From positions 1 through 21,522 of the forward strand of contig JBOEGF010000064.1 in assembly GCA_050633305.1 (NCBI GenBank): a stretch of 21,522 nt of DNA, written 5' to 3'. Source of the stretch: Nannocystales bacterium (GTDB lineage Bacteria > Myxococcota_A > Polyangia > Nannocystales > Nannocystaceae). Both the position numbers and the translations under genes were made by a program. Within the stretch, counting starts at the first letter, position 1, and every line of letters begins with the position of its first letter. The notes under the pieces were generated by a model. It made no database searches, was not told the DNA's origin, and saw nothing but the letters and a program-made list of their open reading frames with translations. Shown piece after piece: positions 1 to 7,745 of this stretch.

Positions 1-15
1 CGCCGGCCGAAGCGA

Positions 16-33
16 GGGAACCGAGAGGTTCCC
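16..33. terminator. Perfect stem-loop 5 nt downstream of the hisB stop (possible terminator or 3' stabiliser)
   Basis: GGGAACC-GAGA-GGTTCCC, 7-bp stem. No U-tract on either strand. The loop is a GNRA tetraloop only on the + strand. Confidence 0.3.
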
Positions 34-38
34 CTAAA

Positions 39-629
39 TCAGATCATTCCCTTGGTCGACGGGATCCCCATGGCAGGGTCCGCCGCACAGGCCATCCGAA
101 ACGCCCGCGCGAACGCCTTGAAGCTGGCCTCGACCACGTGGTGCACGTTTCCGCCTGCCCTCAGGTGGAGATGCAGGTTCATGCGGGACTGCACGACGAG
201 CGCTTGGAAGAACTCTTTGACCAGGTCGCAGTCGAAGGTCCCCAGCCACCGTCCGGAGATGACGGGCAGGTCAAACACGAGATACGGGCGCCCGCCGAGA
301 TCGAGCGCACAATCGACGAGCGTCTCGTCCATCGCCAACGAGAAATGCCCGAAGCGATGAATCCCGACTCGGTCACCGAGCGCCTCGTCGATGGCGGACC
401 CGAGCACCAAGCCGACGTCCTCCACGGTGTGGTGACCGTCGATCTGAACGTCCCCCGTCGCCTGGACGGACAGCGCCATCGCCCCGTGCTTCGCAAACGC
501 CTCGAGCATGTGGCTGAGGAACGGGACCGGGGTGTCGATGCTCGGCGGTGCCGGAGCATCATCGGGAAGCACCAAGTCTACGGCGATGTCCGTCTCTTGG
601 GTCTTGCGAGCAACACGTGCGGTTCTCAT
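39..629 (-). CDS. hisB: Imidazoleglycerol-phosphate dehydratase (196 aa)
   Basis: Starts MRTARVARKTQETDI and contains FLSHML, DGHHTVEDVG, MDETL, GGNVHHVVEASFKAFARA and C-terminal IPSTKG. ATG at 629 has GGAG upstream and overlaps the upstream TGA (ATGA). Confidence 0.96.
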   Translation of the reverse strand: MRTARVARKTQETDIAVDLVLPDDAPAPPSIDTPVPFLSHMLEAFAKHGAMALSVQATGDVQIDGHHTVEDVGLVLGSAIDEALGDRVGIHRFGHFSLAMDETLVDCALDLGGRPYLVFDLPVISGRWLGTFDCDLVKEFFQALVVQSRMNLHLHLRAGGNVHHVVEASFKAFARAFRMACAADPAMGIPSTKGMI

Positions 630-1165
630 GCGATCGTCTCCTCTTGCAGCGCGACCGGACCGTCGGGGTCCTCGAGGATCCGAGACTCGAGGTCCCGCAA
701 CCCCGGCGCATCTTCCAGGCTCAGCCCCAGCTGCGTATCGATCCACGCCGCGCGCAGCAACCCACGCTCGAGCTTGCTGACCGCGGCGCGGTAGTAGATC
801 CGGGCGAAGTTGTTCGAGATTTGGCGCTCTTGCGGCGAGCGTCGGCGCGCCCGAGCCACATCGTCCAGACGGTGCGCTCCCCGGAGCCGCGCCTCGTCGT
901 AGGCCACCCGCAACTGCGGATCACTGAGCACAGAAAATGCCTCTGAGATCCTCTTGTAGACGGTGTACGCGCTGCGCTGAAGAGACCCGGCACCGAAGGC
1001 GACGAATCGGTCCGGATGCAGGCGCTGGGCGCGATCGTAGTATGCGTCGCGGATGGCGACGTAGTCACTGCTGGGCCGCACGCCGAGGAACTCGTAGTAC
1101 GTCATGTGCTCGAGGCCCTCCTGCAAGGAGAGCACGTGAGCACGGAGGTCGTCGGGCGTGTCCAT
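626..1165 (-). CDS. J-domain (class C DnaJ-like) protein with C-terminal TPR-like helices (179 aa)
   Basis: YYEFLGV...IRDAYYDRAQRLHPDRF...YKRISEAFSVLSDPQLRVAYD is a J-domain with intact HPD. No G/F region or Zn finger. Start taken at MDTPDD (1165), 16 nt after the Hsp70 stop. Confidence 0.88.
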   Translation of the reverse strand: MDTPDDLRAHVLSLQEGLEHMTYYEFLGVRPSSDYVAIRDAYYDRAQRLHPDRFVAFGAGSLQRSAYTVYKRISEAFSVLSDPQLRVAYDEARLRGAHRLDDVARARRRSPQERQISNNFARIYYRAAVSKLERGLLRAAWIDTQLGLSLEDAPGLRDLESRILEDPDGPVALQEETIA

Positions 1166-1181
1166 CGATCGGGTCGGTGCG

Positions 1182-2816
1182 CTAGCGAGGCACGATGGTG
1201 CCGCCGCTCGAAGGAATGCCAGCGGAGGCCATCCGTGTGGCCATCTGCTCGATCTCTTGGTCGTCGAGACCCCCCAGCACCCGCATCGTGGCGACCTGCT
1301 GCTGCCCCGTCTCTTTGTCCATGGCTCGAACCTCGAGCAAGCCGTCGGCATTGATCTCGAACGTGACGGCGACCGTCACCTCGCCGCGCGGTGCGTCCCG
1401 CAGCCCCGAGAGCACGAGCTCCCCCAGCTTGAGGTTGTTCTCGAACACCTCGTCTTCGCCCTGCGAGACCTGGATCCGCACGTAGCGCTGGTTGTCGGTC
1501 GTGGTGGTGAACATCCGGGTCTGCTCCAGCGGAATGGCGCTGTTGCGCTCGATGATGAAATCCACGTAGCCACCGAGGGTGTGAATCCCGAGGCTCCGCG
1601 GGACCACGTCAAGCAGCACCGCCGAGGACCCCGAGGACGGTGCTGAGACTCCGCCGTCGGCCATCGGCACGAGTGACCCCATCAGCGCGGCACCTTGAAT
1701 CGCCGCACCAACGGCGACAACGCTCATCGGGTTGATCGAGGTCTGCGGCTTCTTGCCGAACGTCTCCTCGACGATCGAACGCACCAGCGGCAACCGGGTC
1801 GTCCCGCCGACGAGAACGATTTCATCGACCTGGTGCGGCGAGAGCCCGGCACACCGCAGCGCGTCTTGGCAAACCGGAATCGTGCGCCGAATGATGGGCT
1901 CGATGTAAGGCTGCAGGTCTTCCTCGCGGAGCGTGAAGTCCAGATCACTGCGTTGCCCCGGCAAGACCTCCTCGACGTGTACCGACGCGGAGTTCTGCGA
2001 GCTGAGCTGGATCTTCACCTGCTCGGCCACGGCACGGAGCCGCTCCAGAGCGACGGGGTTGTCCTGAACCGACACGCCTCTTTGCTGCTTGAAGGCGTTG
2101 ACCATCAGACGGAGGATCACCTCGTCGATGTCATCGCCCCCGAGGAACATCTCGCCCGAGGTCGCGAGCACTTCGAACACGTTCCGGGTGATCTGCAGGA
2201 TGGTGACGTCGAACGTCCCGCCCCCGAAGTCGTAGACCGCGATGACGCGGTCGGTGTCTTCGATGTAGCCGTACGCGAGTGCGGCGGCGGTGGGCTCGTT
2301 GATCACGCGAATGACGTCGAGTCCTGCCAGGCGAGCCGCGATGCGCGTCGCGCTGCGCTGCGAATCGGTGAAGTTGGCGGGCACCGCGATGACCGAGCGC
2401 CGGACACGACGACCAAGCGCCTCCTCCGCCATCTGCCGGAGGTACGTGAGCACATGCGCACCGACCTCAACGGCGCTGACGACCTTGCCGCCGGCCTCGA
2501 TCATGATCGCTTCGTTCTTGCCCTCGAGGATCTTGTACGGGACGCGTTGCCGCATCTCGACGACCTCGGGCGAGCCAAAGCGCCGGCCGATCAGTCGCTT
2601 CGAGGAGTAGATGACGTTGGTCGGGTCGACGGACCGCCGCTTCTTGGCGCGGGATCCGACCATCCAGCGGCCATCTGCCATCGCAGCCACAACCGAGGGG
2701 ATGATGCGGTCCTCACCACGTCGCACGACGGACGCACGTCCATCCCGAACGACCGCGCACGCCGAGTTCGTCGTTCCCAGGTCAATACCGAGGACGGGCT
2801 CCTGTTCGGTCGCCAT
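1182..2816 (-). CDS. Hsp70/DnaK paralog lacking most of the alpha-helical lid (544 aa)
   Basis: GIDLGTTNS, KRLIGRRF, INEPTAAALAYG, DFGGGTFDV, LVGGTTRLP, linker VLLDVVPRSLG and beta-SBD (FTTTTDNQ, VTFEINADGLLEV). Ends soon after GLDDQEIEQM. Start taken at MATEQEP (2816). Confidence 0.92.
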   Translation of the reverse strand: MATEQEPVLGIDLGTTNSACAVVRDGRASVVRRGEDRIIPSVVAAMADGRWMVGSRAKKRRSVDPTNVIYSSKRLIGRRFGSPEVVEMRQRVPYKILEGKNEAIMIEAGGKVVSAVEVGAHVLTYLRQMAEEALGRRVRRSVIAVPANFTDSQRSATRIAARLAGLDVIRVINEPTAAALAYGYIEDTDRVIAVYDFGGGTFDVTILQITRNVFEVLATSGEMFLGGDDIDEVILRLMVNAFKQQRGVSVQDNPVALERLRAVAEQVKIQLSSQNSASVHVEEVLPGQRSDLDFTLREEDLQPYIEPIIRRTIPVCQDALRCAGLSPHQVDEIVLVGGTTRLPLVRSIVEETFGKKPQTSINPMSVVAVGAAIQGAALMGSLVPMADGGVSAPSSGSSAVLLDVVPRSLGIHTLGGYVDFIIERNSAIPLEQTRMFTTTTDNQRYVRIQVSQGEDEVFENNLKLGELVLSGLRDAPRGEVTVAVTFEINADGLLEVRAMDKETGQQQVATMRVLGGLDDQEIEQMATRMASAGIPSSGGTIVPR

Positions 2817-2825
2817 CGTGGCCGC

Positions 2826-2834
2826 AGTGTAACA
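2826..2834 (-). promoter_or_regulatory. Putative extended -10 element (TGnTACACT) for a leaderless or near-leaderless Hsp70 transcript
   Basis: Minus strand TGTTACACT ends 9 nt before ATG 2816. No SD-like sequence in the gap. Confidence 0.4.
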
Positions 2835-3071
2835 ACCCCCTGCGAGGACACCTAAAGACCCCACTTCCTTCCAAAACCCGCTGAAGCCGGCGCCCCCCCA
2901 AGTCGAGGGCCCACCCGGGCCCGTCCGGGGAGGGGTGAGCGAAGGGCGGCTCCGCCCACGCGATTCGCTTCGCGACTCGCTTCCGGGCCCCGCGTTGTCG
3001 CGACAGGAGTCGCGAAACGCTCCGGCCAGCCGCAGCGAGGGGAGCCAAGCGGTTCCCCTCATGGACAGAGA

Positions 3072-3692
3072 CTAGATCGGCGATTCCGGCACCATGATGA
3101 TGTCGCCCGGCTCGATTGGGAGGTCTTGGGCGCGACTCTCGACGATCGCCTGAACGTCGATCTCCACCGTCTTGCGACCCTGGGCGGTCTCCCGGATCAG
3201 CTTCACCTTGCGTTGCTGGGCTTGTGTGGTGAGGCCGCCAGCGAGCGAGATCGCCTGCATGATCGTGAGCGTGCCGTCGTGGGGATAGGAGCCGGCCTCC
3301 TTCACTTCGCCCAGCACGGTGATCTGCTCGGGGTTCTGCCGCTCCAGCAGCGAGACGCTGACCTGAGGGTCACGCAGCCACCCATCGGCGAGCTTGCTCT
3401 CGATGTCCGCGGCGACATCGCCGGGATTGCGGTCGAGCGCGGGCACCTCTCCGATGCGCGGGAACCGAATCGAACCGTCGGCGGACACGACGTACTCCCC
3501 CGACATTTCCTCTTGGCCACGGACAACGATGTCGAGCTTGTCGCCGGCGCGCACGTCGTCGGACTTGGGCGTGGTCGCCGGCGGAGGCAAGACGACTGGT
3601 CCGGTTGTTTTGGGGCAGCCGGAGACAACCACGACCACCAACGCCCAAACGAGGGCGATTCCCAGCGACGTCAGACTAGATGCGGATCGCAC
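3072..3692 (-). CDS. OPX/Wza-family polysaccharide export lipoprotein, short D1D2 type (Poly_export plus one SLBB domain, no D4 helix)
   Basis: Lipobox VVSG|C. Poly_export motifs GDKLDIVVRGQEEMSGEYVVSADGSIRFPRIGEV and WLRDPQVSV. SLBB motifs ITVLGEVKEAGSY, TIMQAISLAGGLT, DLPIEPGDIIMVPES, then stop. GTG 3692 puts Cys at position 26; ATG 3731 is an alternative start. Confidence 0.88.
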   Translation of the reverse strand: MRSASSLTSLGIALVWALVVVVVSGCPKTTGPVVLPPPATTPKSDDVRAGDKLDIVVRGQEEMSGEYVVSADGSIRFPRIGEVPALDRNPGDVAADIESKLADGWLRDPQVSVSLLERQNPEQITVLGEVKEAGSYPHDGTLTIMQAISLAGGLTTQAQQRKVKLIRETAQGRKTVEIDVQAIVESRAQDLPIEPGDIIMVPESPI

Positions 3693-5121
3693 CGATGAGC
3701 CAAGCGGTGTGTTTGATGTAGCCGAGTTCATCGGGGAATTCCGTGGGTGCGTCTGGGTCCCCCGGGACGGGGTCAAGAGGATAGACCACGGTGAACTGTG
3801 TGCTGTCGACCAACATCGTGTAGCTCAGACCGAGTGAAAAAATGCGTCCAAGCGGCTGGTCGACCTTCGCGAGCAGGGTGAACAGGGTGTGCTCCGACTG
3901 GTACCCCTGGGCACCACGACCCTCATAGCGGGTGACGTCCGGCGTTTCTTCCCCCTCGACCGGAAGACCCGAATAGGTCCGCCCGATCACCCCGAGCCCG
4001 GCCTGCAGGTTCATGCGCCAACGGAACTGATGACTGGCAAGGAAGTTCGCGCCGTTGTCGACGTAGTAGTTGCCGAAGATCGAGTCGGTGAACGTCCGGG
4101 CGCCGTTGAGGCTCAGCGTGGTGCGCAGCGTCGGGAAGTAGCTCAAGCCGACGTTGCCCAAGAACGAACCGAAGTTCGGACCGTTCTCATCGTCTCGGTA
4201 AAAGCCCCAGCCCCAGCCGACCAACGCACTGAGGGCGACCTTCTTCCCGATCTGGCCTCGGTACCCGCCCAAGAGGCGATGCGCGAAACTGTCCTCGTTG
4301 CGACCCAACCCGGGCGAGACACAGCAGTCGGTGTAGAAGGTCCAGTCGAAGTTGTAGTTGAGAACCAGCGCCGACTTGGGCAGGAAGCGCCACTTGGTCT
4401 CGTGGGCCAGCCCATGACGCATGTGGTTGCTCTTGGCCAACTCATCGAGGCCGAACCGCATGTAACGGTTGCGGTAGCCCAGCAAGAGCGAGAGCCGGCC
4501 ACCGCCAGGACGCGCGATGAAGTCCAGCGCGCCTTCTTGTTCGATGCGGTTGAAGTTGAAGTCGGTTCCGCGGCTCTCGATGCTGCCCGGTGACGCGCCG
4601 CGGAACACGTCGTCGGAGAACCGGATCTCGAACCGGCGGCCGGGCAACAACGACAACCGAAGGCCAGCACCAAACGAGAACTTCGGCACCGTCCGAATAA
4701 CCTCGTCGCCCGAGAGGAACTGACGGAAGCCCGCGATGACGCCGATGTTGTAGTCGGCCAGGCGAGACGTTCGCTCGGGCGGCGTCTGCAGAACGCCACC
4801 AACCACGTCGCGGCTCCCCACCCCAATCCAACCGGTCGGGTAGAGGAAGGCGCCCGCCCTGCGCCCTTCATTGCGAGCGTTGTTGAAGATGTTGGAGTCG
4901 ACTCCCACGGGCAGCGCGATGCCCCCGTGGAACTTGGACTTCTTCCCGACCTTCAGGCCATCGCCGTCGGCAACGCGCGGCAGGTTCTGTGCCCCACCCG
5001 CCCGAGCAATCGCCGGCGACAAGCCGCACAGGAGCGAGAAGAGAATCCCGGCGAACAGCGTCCACAACCCCGCGCGGCGGCGGGTGACCTCGAAGGTCGG
5101 TCTCGGAAAAGCGGAAGACAA
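3676..5121 (-). CDS. Outer-membrane beta-barrel protein, probably the EpsX/Wzp-type barrel partnered with short OPX proteins (481 aa)
   Basis: Signal peptide (RRRAGLWTLFAGILFSLLCGLSPAIARA), many alternating amphipathic strands (KWRFLPKSALVLNY, GYRGQIGKKVALSALVGWGWG, VGLSYFPTLRTTLSLNG), and overlap with the OPX gene. TTG start. Strand number not determined. Confidence 0.75.
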   Translation of the reverse strand: MSSAFPRPTFEVTRRRAGLWTLFAGILFSLLCGLSPAIARAGGAQNLPRVADGDGLKVGKKSKFHGGIALPVGVDSNIFNNARNEGRRAGAFLYPTGWIGVGSRDVVGGVLQTPPERTSRLADYNIGVIAGFRQFLSGDEVIRTVPKFSFGAGLRLSLLPGRRFEIRFSDDVFRGASPGSIESRGTDFNFNRIEQEGALDFIARPGGGRLSLLLGYRNRYMRFGLDELAKSNHMRHGLAHETKWRFLPKSALVLNYNFDWTFYTDCCVSPGLGRNEDSFAHRLLGGYRGQIGKKVALSALVGWGWGFYRDDENGPNFGSFLGNVGLSYFPTLRTTLSLNGARTFTDSIFGNYYVDNGANFLASHQFRWRMNLQAGLGVIGRTYSGLPVEGEETPDVTRYEGRGAQGYQSEHTLFTLLAKVDQPLGRIFSLGLSYTMLVDSTQFTVVYPLDPVPGDPDAPTEFPDELGYIKHTAWLIGAIRI

Positions 5122-5338
5122 GTGGCGCGGCTCTGGCGGGAGGCTAACCGAAGGTCCGCCGCGTTCCCAAGGCAGCGACGAAGCTCGGCGATAGGACGCA
5201 GGGTCCCCACAGGAGTGCGGCCCCCCAGCCAGACTCGTGACAATTTTTTCGAGCGCAAAGCCGCGAAATTGCAGCTGTGCGCTCGTTCAGGACGGCGGTG
5301 CGTCGTCTGGTGCAAACCTAAGCGGGCAGGCGCTCAAG

Positions 5339-5926
5339 CTACGCAGACGGCGACGCAACGGTCGGTGGCTGCGCTTCGTCGATAGCCGGCGGAATGTCCG
5401 GCTCGGTCGGCGCGATCGTCGGATCCTGAATTGGGATCCCGTCGGTCTTGTCGAGCTCGTTTCGCGTCACGTCGTCGCGATCTTCGAGCTCCTGTTCGCC
5501 CGAGCAGCCCTTTGCAGAGGCCATGACACCGTCCATCGCATTTGCGGCGGCCTGAAGCTTTTCAGCGGCGAAAGACTTCGCCTGCGCAGATGCCGTCGAG
5601 TCGCGGAGCACCATGAGCTCCGGGGTGGCCGTGGACATGATGTCCTGCGCCCGAGTGACTTTGTCCTCGAGACAGCCGGCAAGCTGAGCGTCGCCGTCGG
5701 CTTTGGCGGCCTGCGCCATCTTGCCGAGCTGCGCCATGGAGCCCTCCAAACGCGACTGAGCCTTCGATACGGCCCCCGCGTCGTACGTTTTGTCCGTGCC
5801 CGCCTCATCCGAAGACGGAGGGGCTTCGGGAGCAGGAGCAGCGAGAGAGAGTCCCCCCACCAAGACGGCCGGAAGCAGCGCTGTGAGCGCTGCGGCCTTC
5901 GCAAACAATCGAACCGGACCTGCCAT
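5339..5926 (-). CDS. Secreted/periplasmic helical protein with two Cys and a Pro/Asp-rich tail, function unknown (195 aa)
   Basis: Signal peptide MAGPVRLFAKAAALTALLPAVLVGGLSLA, Ala-rich helices with AGCLEDK and AKGCSGE. TAATG overlap with the upstream gene. Confidence 0.8.
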   Translation of the reverse strand: MAGPVRLFAKAAALTALLPAVLVGGLSLAAPAPEAPPSSDEAGTDKTYDAGAVSKAQSRLEGSMAQLGKMAQAAKADGDAQLAGCLEDKVTRAQDIMSTATPELMVLRDSTASAQAKSFAAEKLQAAANAMDGVMASAKGCSGEQELEDRDDVTRNELDKTDGIPIQDPTIAPTEPDIPPAIDEAQPPTVASPSA

Positions 5927-7272
5927 TACGAACCTGAGAATACCACGGAGAAGGAAACGTCAGCGCCTTCCTCGGCCCCGTTCATCGGGAAGCGCCACCC
6001 TTTGATCTTGGCTTTGGTGCAGGCTTTCACCCCCGCATGGCCCAGCGTGTCCTCTTCGATGGCCACGCTGGTCACACTGCCCATCACGTTGATGACGATG
6101 GCGAAGCTCATCTTGCCCGACAAGTCCGGCTGGACCCGAAGCGCCTTGTTGTAGCAGTGCTGAAGTGCGCTGGTGCGGTGCTTGATCGTGGCCTTGATAG
6201 CCTTCTTGTCACCACCGCCGGCCGCGCTGGTACCGGACGCCTTGGCGCGCCCTTTGATCTTGCGCTCCCGTTTCTTGACCCCCTTGTCGACGGCCGGACC
6301 ATCGCCGGTATCGAACCCTTTGGTCTGGGTCAGTTGGCCGTGGAGGTCGATGCCGTCGCCGCCGATCGGCGCGAGGTCTCCGAGTGGGCCGTTGGCTTCG
6401 ACCGTGGTCGTGAAGCCAGCGTCTGCGAACTCGCCGAGGCGGTTCTCTGTGCTCTGGATGACATCGAACACGGTGCCGGGACCGTCTCCGCCGTACGTGC
6501 CGAGCACCCGTGCCACGCCCACGCTGCGGGCTTGCTTGACCGCCGCCTTGGAGAACTTCTTCGGCTTCTTGTCGAGCTTCTTGTTGTTCTCGGGCTTGGG
6601 CTTGTCCTTGGTCTCGACGACATCCTCGTCTTCCTCGGCAAGCTGGTCTTCGTCGATCTCTTCTTCCTCGGGCTCTTCCTCGCGCTCGTCCTTGGGCTTG
6701 TGTCCGACGGCGACGAGGAAGCGCTCATCGATGTCCATCTCATCGTGGACAGGGACCTCGCTGAAGTTCGCCCAAAGGAACACGGGCCCCAGAAGACCGG
6801 TCGCGATGAGCTGCGAGTACACGAACAGCGCGCCGACCATGCCGACGACCGAGGCTTTGAAGATCGCTGGGAACGGAAGGCGCGGCGGAACCGGCTTCGG
6901 CGGCCCGAACTGAAACACCAAGGTGCTCTGCCCGATGCGGAGCTTGCCCTTGGCGCGCGGGTCCAGCTTGATGCGACAGGTGTTCCCCTTACCGTATCGC
7001 TGGCGGAGCTTCGCCACGGAAACGGCCTTCTTGCCGACCCGAACCTTTCCGCGTGTGTCAGGCGGAAGATCGAGGAAGTAGGCCCCCTGACGAACGTCGA
7101 ACAGCTGGTGCCGCGTCGGCGCCTTCTTTCCGAAGAGGACAACATCGGCGTTGTGGTGGGTACCCACGCTGACGCCCCCCGGCGCGGTCTGATGCAGATC
7201 CTCGCTGACCGTCTCGTCGACGACCACGACGAGCCGCAGAACTTTGGAACCTGATTTGGAGGGGGCGCTCAT
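5926..7272 (-). CDS. GltG/PglI-like inner-membrane transducer: FHA-like N-domain, TM helix, charged linker, AgmX/PglI (TonB-C-like) C-terminal domain (448 aa)
   Basis: N-domain ends AKGKLRIGQSTLVFQFGPPKP, followed by a hydrophobic segment, an acidic then Lys-rich linker and a Gly-rich region. C-domain LQHCYNKALRVQPDLSGKMSFAIVINVMGSV...VKACTKAKIKGWRFP...VSFSVVF. Confidence 0.85.
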   Translation of the reverse strand: MSAPSKSGSKVLRLVVVVDETVSEDLHQTAPGGVSVGTHHNADVVLFGKKAPTRHQLFDVRQGAYFLDLPPDTRGKVRVGKKAVSVAKLRQRYGKGNTCRIKLDPRAKGKLRIGQSTLVFQFGPPKPVPPRLPFPAIFKASVVGMVGALFVYSQLIATGLLGPVFLWANFSEVPVHDEMDIDERFLVAVGHKPKDEREEEPEEEEIDEDQLAEEDEDVVETKDKPKPENNKKLDKKPKKFSKAAVKQARSVGVARVLGTYGGDGPGTVFDVIQSTENRLGEFADAGFTTTVEANGPLGDLAPIGGDGIDLHGQLTQTKGFDTGDGPAVDKGVKKRERKIKGRAKASGTSAAGGGDKKAIKATIKHRTSALQHCYNKALRVQPDLSGKMSFAIVINVMGSVTSVAIEEDTLGHAGVKACTKAKIKGWRFPMNGAEEGADVSFSVVFSGS

Positions 7273-7510
7273 CCGCTTTGTTTGTTTTAGCAGTTTCTGC
7301 CGAAAAGGGGGTCGAAGAGAGGGAGGACGGACGCACTTCGGGTGGCGTCGCGAGGTACTCCTAAAGCATCAACCACGGGCGCGCCTTCTGTAGGGCTGAT
7401 TTGGGCCTGCACCCATCCGCCCCGGAGCGAGCTGGTGTCAGAAGCTGCAGTGACCATGCCACTCATGAGCGGAACGTAGAAGCGACAGGTTGGCGTGGAG
7501 GCAGAGGGTT

Positions 7511-7545
7511 CAAGGGCGGTCGAGGGCGGTCGAGGGCGGTCGAGG
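7511..7545. repeat. 10-bp tandem repeat (CGAGGGCGGT) x3.5
   Basis: caagggcggt cgagggcggt cgagggcggt cgagg. Confidence 0.8.
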
Positions 7546-7668
7546 TTCAGGGGAGCCGAGACATCAGCGTCAGGTTGCAGGACACAACGGTCATCCCCCG
7601 CCTGGCTTTCGCCCCCTAGAAGTGTATGTGCGCTCAGCGTCAGATCCGTCACAAAAACAGGTGCACAC

Positions 7669-7709
7669 AAAAAAAATCCGCGAGCAGATCCGGTCCGCAG
7701 GCTCGCGAA
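7669..7709 (-). terminator. Intrinsic terminator-like hairpin with U8 tract, downstream of the motor genes
   Basis: Minus strand UUCGCGAGC-(15 nt)-GCUCGCGGA-UUUUUUUU. 9-bp stem including one U-G pair that is possible only on the minus strand. Confidence 0.55.
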
Positions 7710-7715
7710 CGACAA

Positions 7716-7745
7716 ACGCGAGCAAGGCAAAAACCTTACTCGCGT
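7716..7745 (-). terminator. 12-bp hairpin (second terminator or anti-antiterminator)
   Basis: Minus strand ACGCGAGUAAGG-UUUUUG-CCUUGCUCGCGU followed by UUGUCGUU. One U-G pair, specific to the minus strand. Confidence 0.5.

Noticed and set aside
2817..3062. N-terminal extensions in the ORF track for Hsp70 (also hisB 630-746, J-protein 1166-1351, and 19373-19561)
   Set aside because: Low-complexity sequence or overlap with neighbouring genes. Downstream starts fit family N-termini, overlaps, SD or promoter positions better.
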